Part shown: positions 46,598-60,859 of the stretch, one piece after another
Numbering within the stretch: position 1 is the first letter of the stretch
Layout of the letters: every line of letters begins with the position of its first letter
Source: the human T2T-CHM13v2.0 reference genome, Homo sapiens
Strand: one strand, 5' to 3'
DNA length: 64,000 bases
Assembly (NCBI RefSeq): GCF_009914755.1
Contig: NC_060929.1
Made by a program: the position numbers and the translations under genes
Notes under the pieces: generated by a model
Told to the model about the DNA's origin: nothing
The model's input: only the letters and a program-made list of their open reading frames with translations
Database searches by the model: none

Positions 46598-47050
46598 CAG
46601 TTCATTCATTTGGTAACACATATATGTTAATTACCTAATGTGCTTTGGTCATTACCCTGGGAAATAAAATATAGTCAATAACAAGAATATCAAGTTCTCT
46701 ACTCACATAGACGTTCCGTTTTACTGGAGGTGGATGATATATGAACAAACTGAATATCAATTAGTAAAAAGCACTTTGGAGAGAATTAGAATAAAGAAAA
46801 AGTAAGAGTAATTGGAAGCTTCTGTCCGGTGATCGGGGAGATCCCTCTAAAGAGGGAACATGTAAACCAAGACTAAAACCGCTGTAAGGAGACAACTCCA
46901 TTACACTGAGAAAAAGAAAACTTCAGGTAAAAAAACAGCCAGTGCAAAGCCTCTAAGGCCAGAAGGAGCATGGCATGCTAGAAGGAAGGCAAGTGTGGCT
47001 AGAGCAAGATATGGTCAAAGAAGTAGGCTGCTTTGGAAACCAGAGTAAAG
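46598..47050 (-). mobile_element. L2 fragment
   Basis: Begins 'ttcattcatt'; contains 'aacagccagtgcaaagcctctaaggcc...agcatggcatg'. Confidence 0.6.
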
Positions 47051-47249
47051 ATTTTGGATATAAGGAGCAATTGTGTGACAATTCATGAAATCTGAATAGT
47101 GTGTATAGATAACAATACTGTATAAATGTTAATGTTTTGAGTTGTCATCACTATACTATGGTTATGTAAATGAAAGTCTTTGTTTTTAGGAAATAAACAC
47201 TGATATACATATGTGAATTTATATAAGTATATATAAATGTATATGTAAA

Positions 47250-50200
47250 GTGACAATAATTGTATATATTCATGGGATACATAGTAATGTTTTGATATAT
47301 GTCATGTATAGTGATCCAGTCAGGATTAGCATATCCATCATGTCAAACAATGATCATTTCTTAGTCTTGGGAACATTCAATACCCTCCTTCTGGCTATTT
47401 GAAATAATATATTAGTGTGAATTATAGTCACCTTATAATGCAAGAGAACACTAGAACTTACTCCTCCCATCTAGCTGTAATTTTGTATCCTTTAACAAAT
47501 CTGTCCCTATCCTCTCCCTCCCCTATCCTTTACAGATTCTAGTATCCTGTATTCTATTTTTTACTTCTATGAGATCAACTTAGCTTCCACATATAAGAAC
47601 ATGTGGAGTTTAACTTCATTTTCTTGGCTTATTGCACTTAAAATAATGTCCTCCAGTTCCATCTATGCTGCTGTGAATTACAGGATTCCATTTTTCTATG
47701 GCTAAATAGTATTCCTTGGTATAGATATATTATCCTTTTATCTGCTGTTGCACACCTAGATTGGTTCCATATCTTGGCTACTGTGAATAGTGCTGCAATA
47801 AACATGGGGGTGCAGATTTCTCTTCAACATAATGATTTACTTTCCTTTGGATAAATTCTCAGTAGTGAGATTGCTGGATCATATGGCAGTTCTATTTTTA
47901 ATTTTTTGAGTAACCTCCATACTGTTTTCTATTATGGCTGTCCTACTCTACATTCCTACCAACAGCGGACAAGCATTCCTCTTTCTCTACGTCCTCACCA
48001 GAATTTATTTTCTGTCTTTTTAACAACAAGCATCCTAACTAGGGTGAGATGATACTACATGGCGGTTTTGATTTGTATTTCTCTGATAATTAGTGATGTT
48101 AGCATTTTTCATATACCTTTTGGCCATTTGTATGTATTTTTTACTCATTTCTATTCAGGTCTTTTATTTTTAAATTGGATTTGTTTTCTTGCTGTTGAGT
48201 TCCTTATATATTCTAGCTATTAACCACTTGTCACATGAACAGGATGCAAACATTTTCTCCCTTTCTGTAGGTTGTCTCTTCGCTCTATTGATTGTTTTGC
48301 TTGCTATGCAGAGGCTTCTTCATTACATGTAACCCTATTTGTCTATTTTTGCTTTTGTTACCTGTGCTTTTGAGGTCTTATCCAAAAAAACGATTTGCAC
48401 AGACCAGTTATGAAGCACTTCCCCTATTTTCTTCTGGTAGTTTCATAGTTTCAGGTCTTAGATTTAAGTCCTTAATCCATTTTGAGTTGATGTTTGGAGA
48501 GGTAGGGGTCTAATCTCATTCTTCTCCATGTGGATATCTAATTTTTCCAGCACCAGTTATTAAAGAAACTGTCCTTTCTCAGTATGTGCTCCTGGTAGCT
48601 TTGTCAAAAATGAGTTGACTTTAGATATGTGAATTTATTTCTGGGTTCTCTATTCTGAGTCTCTTCCACTGGTCTATGTGTCTGTTTTTATGTCAGTACC
48701 ATGCTGCTTTGATTGCTATGACTTTGTGGTATATTATGAGGTTAGGTAGTGTGATGCCTCTAGTTTTCTTATTTTTACTCAAAATTGCCTTGAATCTTCA
48801 GGATCTTTCGTGGTTCCATATGAACTGTAGGATTTTTTTTTCTATTTCTGTGAAAAATATCACTGATATTTTGATAGGGATTGCATTTAATTTATAAATC
48901 ACTTGATTAAGATGGACATTTTAACAATATTAATTCTTCCAATCCATGAACACAGACTATATTTCCATTAATTTGTGTTATTTTTAATTTTTTCATAAGT
49001 CTTATAGTATCAGTATAGAGATCTTTTACTTCCTTGGTTAAATTTATTCCTGAGTCTCTCATTTTTGTACTATCATAAATGGCATTGTTTTCTTGATATC
49101 TTTTCTAGATATTCTACTATTAGTATATAGAAACACTACTGATTTTTGAATGTTGGTTTTGTATCCTACAAGTTTACTAACGTTATCAGTTCTAACAGTT
49201 TTTTGTGGAATCTGTAGGATTATCTATATAGAAGATCATATTGTCTCTTAACAGGGGTAGTTTTACTTCCTTCTTTCTGATTTGGATGCTTTTATTTGTT
49301 TCTCTTGCCTAACTGCCCAGGGTAAGACTTCTAGCATTATCTTGAATAGAATTAGTGAAAGTGGGAATTCTCGTCTTGTTCCAGATCTAGGGGAAAAGCT
49401 CAAAGCTTTTAGTGTGGATTTCTCATGTACTGCTGTTATTATATCGAGGTACTTATCTTCTATGCCTTATTTGTTCAGAGTTATTTTCATCAAGCAGGAT
49501 GTTGAATTTTGTCAAATGCTTCTTCTGTACCTACTAAAATAATCATATAGGTTTTGTCCTTCATTTTATTAACGTGATTAAAGAATGCTATTGATTTGTG
49601 TATGTTGAATCACACTTCCATCCTGGAATGAATGGCACTTGACTATGGTCAATTATCTTTTTAATGTGCTGTTAAATTGGGTTTGATAGTATTTTGTTGA
49701 TGATTTCTGCATCTCCACTTATTAGGGATACTGACCTGTAGTTTTCTTTTGTTGTGTCCTTGTCTGTTTAGGGTATCAGGATAACGCTAGCCTAGCAAAT
49801 AAGTTTGGAAGAATTCATTGTTTTCCTGATTTTCTTTAATTGTCCATCTTAATTCTTTTGTATCTCACTGAAGTTCCCTAAAAATTTTTATTCTTAATTC
49901 CTTTTCAATTTATAGAGTTCATTTACTTTGGGGTCAGCTACTAAAGAGTAATTATTTTCCCTTGGTGATGTAGTATTTCCCTGCTCTTTCATGTTTCCTG
50001 TATCCCTGCATTAATGTCTGCACGTCTATTGGAACAATCACCTATTCAAAGCTTTCTAGAGTGGCTTTTGTAGAGAAAGACTTTCACCTGCAGATGGATC
50101 TTAGTGTCCTGGTTTTGAAGAATATGGTAGTTCTAAGTCTGAGTGATGTAACGATGCAACTTATCCACATCTTCTTCAGCTACTGTGATCAATATTAGCA

Positions 50201-51358
50201 ATCGCTGTGGGTGCCACAGTGTCCTAGGCTGTAGGCGTTTTTGGCAGCAGGAGTGGCAGAATCCATTGTTAGGATCCTCAGAAGCAAGGGTTTTTAAGGT
50301 CCTCTTTTTCTTGTTTTCTTCACAATGGGGAGACTTAGCTGAGGGGATCCCTCCTCGTGTTGGGTATGACATGCCCTACGAGCAGCTGCAACAGTGCTGG
50401 GTTCCAGAGTACAGTTGCCTAGAGCAGCTGTGAAGCCACAGTCCTAGGCTCAAGGTCTCAATAATGTATTATAGCATCTGGGTCTTGAAATGTAGGTTCA
50501 CTCTCTGAGGAGGGTTGGATGCAGATTGCGCACAGAGCCAGGTTATCTAAGGCACCTTGTAGTAGCTTAAACCCAGAGGGCCAGGTTAGAGCTATGACTC
50601 TTACCATGGGGAGCAGGGTAAAGCACTGGCCTGGCTCTGGGGAAGAAAGAGCACTCTGGAGGTTTGGGCTTAGGGAGCCAAGTACAGCTGCAAATTTGGA
50701 ACCAGAGCCAGTTAGGCTCAGGGGCAATTCAGGTCCCAGGGGATGAGGGACCCTGGACCCTGTCATGATGGGACTCAGTACTATCCCAGACTCTTTGAGG
50801 TCAGGTATGGCAGAAGCAAGAACCCTGGAGTGGAAGGGTGCAGCTGTTGTTTGGGCCCTGTGGACAGGGAGCAGCAAAATCATAATTCTACTCCCTAGGA
50901 AGAGGGATGTCTCAGCAGCTCAGAATGTAGGGGCTAGTCCAGTTCCAGAAAAGTAGAGTATTAGAGGTTGTTTGGCTTGTAGTTTAGATGTCTCAGCTTG
51001 GCCAATGATCTGTTTCCCTAGGACATGGGGTACCATGTCAACTCAGCCCTGGGATATTTGGTTGCTTGATTCCCTAGGAGGTAGGTAGTTATATTAGCTC
51101 GGACACAAGCCATATGACTGCTTTGGGTGGCAAAGGTAGTATTTTCCCAATAGACAGGACACCACTTTAGCTTAAGAACTGGGGGGGCATGACTGCTCTG
51201 GGCGGCCAAGATACCATTTCCCCAGAATGCAGGGTGCCACTTCAGCTCTGGCATAGGGGTGCAGGGTGGAGCAGTAACTGTGAAGGGTAAATGCAATGGT
51301 TCCCCCAAGGCACCATTTCCTTGAGAGGGAGTTTGTAGCTTCAGCTTGGGCCCTCTGG
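47250..51358 (-). mobile_element. L1MA4-like element: 3'UTR and ORF2 to ~49815, then a large internal deletion joining to ORF1/5'UTR-like sequence
   Basis: Antisense 3' end 'taattgtatatattcatgggatacatagtaatgttttgata'. ORF2 stops at 'aagtttggaagaattc'. A GC-richer old L1 5'-like region spans ~50000-51358. Confidence 0.72.
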
Positions 51359-51359
51359 G

Positions 51360-51612
51360 ACATCAGATGTCTAATAGATGAATGCTTAAACAAATGGTGG
51401 TATATCCATACCATAGACTACTACTTAAAAACAAATAAATTATTGATATATGCAACAACTTGGATGGCTCTCAAGGGAATTATGCTGAGTGAATGGAAAA
51501 AAAGGTAATCTTAAAAATGTACATACTATATGATTCAATTCATATAGCCTTCTTAAAATGAAAAAATAATAGAAATAGAAAACAAATTAGTGGTTACCAA
51601 TGGTTAAAGAAA
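51360..51612 (+). mobile_element. Ancient L1 (L1MD/ME) 3' fragment
   Basis: 'aaacaaatggtggtatatccatacc...acttggatggctctcaagggaattatgctgagtga'. Confidence 0.65.
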
Positions 51613-52693
51613 AACCCTAAAGCTTCTAGTGTAGTTAAAAAAAATGTCTCTTTTGAAAAGAAATTTCAAAACAGATTAACAGAATCCCCATAAGTTATAC
51701 TGAAAGTATATGTCTAGTTCTGAAGAATAATGGTTTTTGTCCTAAAATATCATACCAATAAAGAATTATACAGTAGTGAGGAAAAATAGACTTTCAAATA
51801 TACAAAGAAGCAAAAGAAAAATTACTAGCAGAATCTTCTCAAGGACTAGGATCTAAGACTTTTGTATATATGACAAAGATTTTGTCAACACAGTTAATTT
51901 GCACTCTAGTAATTGTCTAGTCAGTAGTACAATTAGTAGAAGAGAAAAATACAATGAGTTTAAAAGGTTAAACTTAGTTTAAAAAAAGATAGTATTATAG
52001 TATAAAGAGTTTATTTGTAAACAAGAATAACCACACTCTAAAACAAAAATTCCAAAGTATATGAACATAAGTGATTACCTGGAGGTGAGGGGAAAAGATG
52101 AAGAGGGATCTGTAGGTAAGGGGACAAGAAGAAGAGGAAGTGGAGGGACATTAAAAATGCTCAAGTGTTGACTTGGAGAAGAAAAATATTCGAGATGTTG
52201 TTAAAAATATATGTTTATTAATGTGTACTTTAATAACAATAGAATGTACTTTTCATGAGAGTACAATCACGTCTATCTTATTTTCTATAGAGTCTCACGG
52301 TCCAGGGTAACTAGCCCTTAGTATTTTTTGAATAAATAAGTGAATAAATGAGTATATGAATGAATTAATGAATGAGTGAATTAGCTGATTAATTTATAGT
52401 AATTCTTAACCGATTGAAAATTTTCCAAACATCAGTAACCAGAATAAATGTTAATGGGTTAAAATGTCTACTATGTAGCTATATCTAACATTCATATGAA
52501 TTGTGAATGTATTACTGCTTTATAAGACATTATCTAATTTAATCCTTATATCAACCTTATGAAGCACATTATAAGAATACTTTATAATATATTAGTACTT
52601 TACACATGAAGAAACTGAGGTTCCCATTAAGTAATTTGAACACTATCTAAAGAGTGAAAATACAAATCTAGGAAATATAACACTAGAGCTCGT

Positions 52694-53047
52694 TGTATTA
52701 GTCTGTTTTCATGCTGCTGATAAAGACATACCTGAGAATGGGAAATATAATAGAAAAGAGTTTATTAAACTTACAGTTCCTCATGGCTGGGGAGGCCTAA
52801 CAATCATGGTGAAAGGCAAGGAGGAGCAAGTCACATTTCACGTGGATGGCAGCAGGCAAAGAGAGAGCTTGTGCAGGGGAACTCCACCTTATAAAGCCAT
52901 TAGATCTCATGACGCTTATTGACTATTGTAAGAACAGCATGAGAAAGACTTGCCCCCATGATTTCAATTACCTGCCCCTGGGTTCCTCCCACTACACGTG
53001 GGAATTCAAGATGAGATTCTGGTGGGGACACAGCCAAACCATATCTC
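52694..53047 (-). mobile_element. THE1B-like solo LTR
   Basis: 'tgtattagtctgttttcatgctgctgataaagacatacctgag...gggacacagccaaaccatatc'. Confidence 0.9.
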
Positions 53048-53353
53048 ACATATTCTATAAAAAGAGATATTTTGATTAATGAGATTGGATTTAAAATATT
53101 AAAAGATATAACAATTATGAATCTTCCATGCCTAACAACCTATGTGAAATAGACTAAACAGTGTAATATAAACATGCTGGCAGAAATCCATCATCATGAT
53201 CATCACAAAAAAAAGACAACAGAGGATTTCAATACGATAATTTAAAAGTCTGACACTTTAAAGATTTGGCAAAATGTGTCCTTGAAACTATCTGAAGCTG
53301 TATATTTTCAGGGGGTTAAAAAGTTTACCATCTTTTTCACTTATTTTATGGTT

Positions 53354-53909
53354 GTGGGTTGTATGATTCACAAGTAGTACAATATTCAGTGATTCACTAG
53401 TAGGACTCAGCATGTAGTTGTTTTCAGAGCTACGGCTTATTACAGCAAAAGGATATCAGCAGGGAAAATGGCATGGTTGGAGTCTGGAAAAATTCATACG
53501 CAGACTTCCTTATGCTCTCTTCTTCCTGTGAAGGCACTCATGGGAATTGAGCACGTTCCTTTCTCAGCAATGAAAAATGCAGTAACAAATGTGCAATGTT
53601 TCTGCCCAGTGAAGCCCATTAGAGACTCAACACCCAAAGTTTTAACTGGGGTCTTGTCACATTGACAACCTTTCCCTTGCCCAAAATTTCAGATTCCATG
53701 AAGGAAAGCAAGTGTTCAGCATAAATCAAAGTGATTCCACAAACAACCTAAAGCAAAGTGAACCACCCTGATCAGTAGGGAAAGTCTCATGTCAGTTCAT
53801 GGAATGGGTCAAGTGCTAAGATCCCAGACATGTGCCAAGGACCAGTTTGTAAGCAGGTCCTTATAAAGACAAAAGCTTCAGGCCTGCTATGTTAACTGTT
53901 TTCTGCACA
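53354..53909 (-). mobile_element. ERVL LTR (MER68/MER21C-like)
   Basis: Ends 'aggcctgctatgttaactgttttctgcaca', the reverse complement of a TGTGCAGAAAAGAGTTAACATAGCAGGCCT-type start. Confidence 0.7.
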
Positions 53910-55960
53910 TTGATCTATTTAGTTTTCTACTTTTTGATCTGGTTTCTATATACCTAGAAAACACTCACTTGCTTAGGATTTCAAATTAAATGTTGTATTG
54001 TTGATCATCAAATTGTGTCTTTGTTCCCAATGTTGTGTGTCATTTAAAAAAAAAATCAGTCCTGTGTAAAATTTACCTTACTATTAATTTTTCCGAAAAA
54101 AAGATCTAACTTTTATTGATCAATTTAATTTTTCCTTTCTTTTCAAAAAATTATGCTTTTGTTTGTACTTATTTCTTTCAAATTTTTTTGCTCTTTTTAA
54201 TCTACTACAGTTAAAAACTTAATTCAAATAAATATGAAAATATAAAACTGATTAACAACTTTTACAACAAGCTAAATAAGTAGCAGTGTATCCCCGGGAA
54301 TCCCCAAATACAAATGGTTGGGAACAAATTACTAATAGACACAGACTTCCATGAAATCACCAACTGTGTGAGAGAAGATACAGGGGGAAAAACAAACACA
54401 CATGAAGAGAAGCCCCAAATAAATTTCAGGATAGGAAACAGAAAAAAGACATAACAAACACAATAGCATACTTATAACCAAAGTACATCCAAAAGACACA
54501 CTTGCAAAAATAAAACTGTGGCATACTATCGTTAAATGAGATTTAAAAAATTAAGAAAATGAATCAAGATTTGAAACAGAGTGTGAATCTTAATTAGTAA
54601 CATTTAGAAATGAGATGACAGAATACGGAAAAAATATTACATATAAGCAAAAATCGTTTTAGAAATGTATAAACTAGAAGGAACAGAAGAACAAATAAAG
54701 ACAATAGATAGGTTTAAGATATGTAAAAGAGGAAGAATTTTTTTAAAATCAAAAATAAAGAAATAGAGATATTAAGGAATTTGAGAGAAAGTGAAAATAT
54801 CAAAAATAGGTAAATAAGATCCAATATCTGGGTAACAGGAATCCCTAAAGAAAAAAAAAAAACTCAATGCACTGGAACAGAATACTAAAAAGTGTAATTC
54901 AAGAAAATCTTCTTGAATGTGTATATTCACACACACAAACACACACACACACAAACATACATTTTCATACTCAAAAGAGCGTACTATATAGTAGAAAACA
55001 GACTCAAAATAATTAATAATATTTCATCTTGGTAAAACTAAAGAAAAAATTTAAAAATCCTTTTGTTAACTGGGCTAAAAAAGCAAGATACTTATAGGAA
55101 AATAAAAATGATAGTTTACAATCAGACTTCAATAGCAATTCTTTATCAACATTATAAACACAGGTAATATTATAGCCATGAAGATGATTTTATTCCCACA
55201 AACCATTCCTGAGTAATCAACCAGAGAAAGAGCTTCAGACAGCCAATCTAGCAACACACTAACGTAAAGACTTGTGATGAGCATTAAATGTATTACTAAT
55301 TCTAAGTGAAAGTTAAAAATGATAGTATAAATCTAATAAAATATGTACATAATTGACATGAGGAAAACTACAAAACTTTGATGAACAACATCAAATGAAC
55401 TAAATAAATGGAGCGATAGTCCATGTTCATGGATATGAAGATTCAATATTGTCAAGATGTCAGTTCTTCCCAACGTGATCTATAGATTCCATGCACTCTC
55501 AGTCAAAATCCCAGCAAATTACTTTGTGGACATCAACAAACTGATTCTGAAGTTTATATGGTGAGGCACAAAACCAAGAAGAGCCAACACAATACTGAGT
55601 TTAAAAAAGTTGGAGGATTGACACTATTCAATGTCAAGACTTACTATGAAACTATAATAATCAAGACAACATGGTATTGGTGAAACAATAAGTAAGTAGA
55701 TCAATGGAATAAAATAGAAAGCCCAGAAATAGGCTCTCTGTAAATTTGGTCAACTAATCTATGAGAAAAGAGCAAATACAATACACTGGAGAAAATATTG
55801 TCTTTTCAACAAATGGTGGCAGAACAATGGGACAACCATTCAAAAAATAAATCTAGATGCAGACCCTATATCTATTACACAAATTAACTCATAATAGATT
55901 ATAGATCTAAATGTAAAGTGCTAGAATATTAAACTCCTAGAAGATAACATAAGAGAAAAC

Positions 55961-58095
55961 TGATGGGGGAGGGCAAGATGGCTGACAAGAAGGAGCCAGG
56001 TGGAATAGCTCCTACTGAGGGACTGAGACAACTGACATGTTTCTAATAGATCTTCAGAGGGAAGGCACTGAGAGTGGAGAGAGGAAAGACCCAGAAGCTG
56101 GAGGTATGAGGGGGAAGGCTGGGAATCCTATACAGGACTATAGCACACCCAGACTTGTTCCTGGCCCTCAGTGGCTCTGGGGGAACAGGTGAGCTGAATT
56201 ATATAATTATGTTGGTTTAGACCAACAAAGATAAAAAATACAAAGAAGGGCATTACACAATGGTAAAACATTCAATTCAACTAGAAGATTTGACTATCCC
56301 AGATGCACATGCAACCAACAAAGGAGCACTCAGATTCATAAAGCAAGTTCTTAGAGACCTTCATAAAGACAGACTCCTACATAATAATACTGGGAGACTT
56401 TAACACCTCACTGACAATATTAGATCATCAAAACAGAAACCTAACAAAGATATTCAGGACCCAAACCCAGCACTGCATCAAATGTACCTCATAGACATCT
56501 ACAGAACTCTCCACCCCAAAACAGAATATACATTCTTCTCATTGCCACATGGCACACACTCTAAAATCAATTATGTAATTACAAGTAAAAATGTCCTCAG
56601 CGAATGCAAAGAAACTGAAATCCTAACAATCTGTCAGACCACAGGACAATCAAATTAGAAATCAAGACTAAGAAATTCACTCAAAACTGTAAAATTACAT
56701 GGAAATTGAATAACCTGCTCCTGAATGACTTTTGACTAAATAATGAAATTAAAGTAGAAATCAAGAAGTTATTTGAAACAAATGAGAATAAAGATACAAA
56801 ATACAAGAATCTCTGGGACCCAGCTAAGGCAGTGTTAAGAGGGAAACTTATAGCACTAAATGGCCACATTAAATGGTTAGAAAGACAGCAATTTAAGAAA
56901 CTAACATCCCAAGTAAAAGAACTAGAGAACCAACAGCAAAACAATCCCAAAGCTAGCAGAAGACAAGAAATAACCAAAACCAGAGGTGAACTGAAGGATA
57001 CTGAGATACGTAAAACCATTCAAAAGATCAAGGAATCCAGGAGCTGGCTTTTTGAAAAAAAAAAAAAAAAAATAGATCACTAGCTACAATAAAAAAGAAA
57101 AAAGTGAAGAGCCAAATAAACACAATCAGAAACAAGGAGGATATTACCACTGACCCCACAGAAATACAAATAACCATCAGATAATATTACAAATACCTCT
57201 ATACACATAAACTAAAACACCTAGAAGAAATGGACAAATTCCTGGACACATACACCCAAGAGTGAACCACGAAGAAACTGAATCCCTGAACAGACCAATA
57301 ATGAGCTCTAAAAATGAGTAATAAATAGCCTACCAACCAAAATAAAAAAAAACAAAAACCAGGACCAAGAAGATTCACAGCTGAATTCTACCAGATGTAC
57401 AAAAAAGAGCTGCTACTATTCCTACTGAAACGATTCCAAAAAATTGAGGAGAAGGGAATCCTCCCTAAATCATTCTATGAGACCAGCATTTTACCAAAAC
57501 CTGGCAGAAACACAACAGAAAAAGAAAACCTCAGACCAACATCCTTGACAAACATCATGACAAAAATCCTCAACCAAATACCAAACCTCAACCAAATACC
57601 TCAAACCAAATCCAGCAGTACATAAAAAAAGCGAATCCACCAGAATCAAGTAGGCCTCATCCCCAGGATGCATGGTTGGTTCAACATGTGCATTCCTTTG
57701 GGTATATACTCAAAAGAATATAAATCATTCTAGTATAAAGACACATTAATGCCTATGTTCATCACAGCACTATTCACAATAGCTTGGCCAAGACATGGAA
57801 TCAACCTAAATGCCCATCAAAGGTAGACTGCATAAAGAAAATGCGGTATACACCATGGAATACTATGCACCCATAAAAAAGAATGAGATCATGTCCTTTG
57901 TAGGAACATGGATGAAAAAGTCATTACCTTCAGCAGACTAACACAGGAACAGAAAACCAAATACTGCATGTTCTCACTTATAAGTGGTAAGTAAATAATG
58001 AGAACACATGGACATGTAGAGGGGAACATAACTAGATAACAAACCTGCACACGTACTCCTGCATTTAAAATAAAAGTTAAATGAAAAAAAAAAAA
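55961..58095 (+). mobile_element. Older L1PA with 5' end and poly-A but three internal deletions
   Basis: 5' 'ggggagggcaagatggctgac', EN/RT fragments, 3'UTR and poly-A. TSD aagagaaaac (55951-55960) / aagggaaaac (58096-58105). Confidence 0.82.
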
Positions 58096-58935
58096 AAGGG
58101 AAAACCTAGATGATCTTGGGTATGATGATGACCATTTGGATATAACACCAAAGGCATGATCCATGACAAAAATAATTGATAAACTGGACTTCATCAAAAT
58201 TAAAAACTTCTATTTGTGAAAGACAATGTAAGGAGAATGACAAGACGAGCCATAGTCTGGGATAAAATATTTGCAAAAACCACATCTGATAAAGATTGCT
58301 ATCCAAAATATACAAAGAACTCTTAAAAATCAACAACAAATAACTCAATTAAAAAATTAGCCATAGTCCTTAACAGATACCTCACCTAAGATGCACAGGT
58401 AGAAAATAAGTATAGAAAAAGATTCTTCATGTCATGTGTCATCAGGGAATTGCAGATTAAGGCAACAATGAGATATTACTGCATATCTATTAGAATAGTT
58501 AAAATCTGGGACACTGATAACATCAAACTTTGGCAAAGATTTAAAGAAACAGAAATTCTCATTTATTGCTGATGTGAATGCAAATGGGATAGGTACTTTG
58601 GAAGGCAGTTTGGTAATTTGTTACAAAATCTAAATATACTGTTACCCTACAGTCCAGCGATTGATATTTACCCAAAGGAAATGAAAACTTCTACTATCCA
58701 CATAAAAACCTGCACACAGATGTTTATAGCAGTTTTAATCATATTTGCCAAAACTTGGAAGCAACCAAGGTGTCCTTCAGTAGGTAAATTAATAAAGTGT
58801 AGTATATTCAGAAAACAAATGATTATTTAGTACTAAAAAGGAATGAGTTATGAAGCCATGAGAAGACATAGAGGAACATTAAATACATATTACTAAATAA
58901 AAGAAGCCAAGAATAAAAGGTTACATACTGTATGC

Positions 58936-59451
58936 TTATATATATATATTGTTATATATATATAACAATATACATATATAATAATATATATATATAACAA
59001 AATATATGTTATATTTTGGAATGTCATATATATATGGATATATTTTTTGGAATATATCCATATATATGGATATATCCAAATATATATATATTCCAAATAT
59101 ATCTAAATATATATATATTCCAAATATATCCAAATATATATATATTCCAAATATATTCCAAATATATATTCCAAATATATCCATATATATTTGGAACGTC
59201 ATATATATATGACATATATATATGACATATATATATATGACATATATATATGACATATATATATGACATATATGACATATATATATGACATATATATGAC
59301 ATATATGTCATATATATATGACATATATATGACATATATGACATATATATGACATATATATGTGTGTGTGTATATATATATGTATATATATATGTGTGTA
59401 TATATATATGTGTATATATATATATATATGTATATATATATGTATATATAC

Positions 59452-59509
<58 letters not shown>

Positions 59510-59528
59510 GACCTTCCAAAATATAACA
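58936..59528. repeat. Complex (TA)n-rich array with TTCCAAATATAT and ATATGAC subunits
   Basis: Directly visible; it produces the spurious YI-rich ORFs. Confidence 0.95.
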
Positions 59529-60195
59529 GATTCTAGCGAGGTTGTGGAGAAAAACAAATACTTATACACTGTTGTTGCGAGTGTAAATTAGTTCAACCAT
59601 TGTAGAAAGCAGTGTGGCAATTCCTCAAAGAGCTGAAAACAGAACTATCATTTGACTTGGCAATCCATTAGTGGATATGTACCCAAAGGAATATAAATTA
59701 TTCTACCATAAAGACACAGGCATTCATATGTTTATTGCAACAATATTCACAATAGCAAAGATATGGCATCAATCAAAATGCCCATCAATGGTAGACAAGA
59801 TAAAGGAAATATGGTACATATATATACCATGGAATACAATGCAGCCATGAAAAAGAATGAGATCATGTCATTTGCAGGAACATGGATGGAGCTGGAGTCC
59901 ATTATCCTTAGCAAACTAACACAGGAACAGAAAACCAAATACTACATGTTCTCACTTATAAGTGGGAGCTAAATGATGAGAACACACAGACACATAGAGG
60001 AAAACAACAGACACTGGGGCCTATATGAGGATGGAGGGTGGGAGGATGGAGAAAATCAGAAAAAATAACTACTGGGTACTAGGCTTAGTACCCGGGTGAT
60101 GAAATAATCTGTACAACCAACCTCTGTGACACAAGTTTACCTATAAAACAAACCTGCACGTGTACTCCTGAACCTAAAAAAAAAGTTAAAAAAAA
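59525..60195 (+). mobile_element. 5'-truncated older L1PA (PA13-16-like) 3' end
   Basis: ORF2 end 'YMFSLISGS*'; 3'UTR 'ggcttagtacccgggtgatgaaataatctgtac...cctgaacctaaaa' and poly-A. Confidence 0.85.
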
Positions 60196-60859
60196 TACGG
60201 AAACCAAATATACGACATGCTAGAAAAGGTAAAACTATGGAGACAGTAAAAAGGTCAGTGATTGTCAAGGGATCAGGGTTGTGGAAGGGGTGAATAGGCA
60301 AAGCACAGATAACTTTCTAGGGCAGTGAAAATACTCTGTGTGATACTCTAATGATGGATACACTTTATTACATATTTGTTCAAACTTATAGAATATACAA
60401 CACTAAGAGTGAACCCTAAAGTAAACTATGGAATTTGGATGATTATGATGTGTCAATACAGGTTCATCAATTGCAACAACTGTATCACTCTGGAGGGGCA
60501 TACTAATAATCAGGAGAGACTAGGCATGTGTGGGACTAGGGGATAAATGGGAAATATCTTTACCTTCCTCTCATTTTACTGTGAGCCTAAAACTGCTCTA
60601 AAAAATAGTCTTAAAAATTTGAAAGTATAATATGTAATGGTTATATTCTCAGAGAGTGTATATATAGTACAACTATATAAAACAGAGGGTCAATAAGGAG
60701 AGCATATGCATATGTTTTTATTAATCATATTGATTGTTGTAACATTTGTATTGTTATTCTGAGACTATTGTGTATGTAATATGAAATAAAACAACTGAGC
60801 ATTTCTGGAATATTTTTAAGAGATACATCTGTAACATAGAAAAGAATAGATAAAAATCC

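Larger units (their letters stand above)
55340..60620 (+). mobile_element. L1MC-like host element split by two younger L1s and a (TA)n array (pieces ~55340-55960, ~58106-58935, ~60200-60620)
   Basis: Collinear ORF2 and 3'UTR pieces; 3' end 'tgtgagcctaaaactgctctaaaaaata'. Confidence 0.8.

Noticed and set aside
50133-51414. GC-richer block with several ORFs suggesting a promoter or first exon
   Set aside because: CpG-poor and contiguous with antisense L1MA sequence; better explained as an old L1 5' region.
58893-59591. Long YI/IY-rich ORFs (up to 181 aa)
   Set aside because: Translations of a (TA)n array that lacks stop codons by composition.
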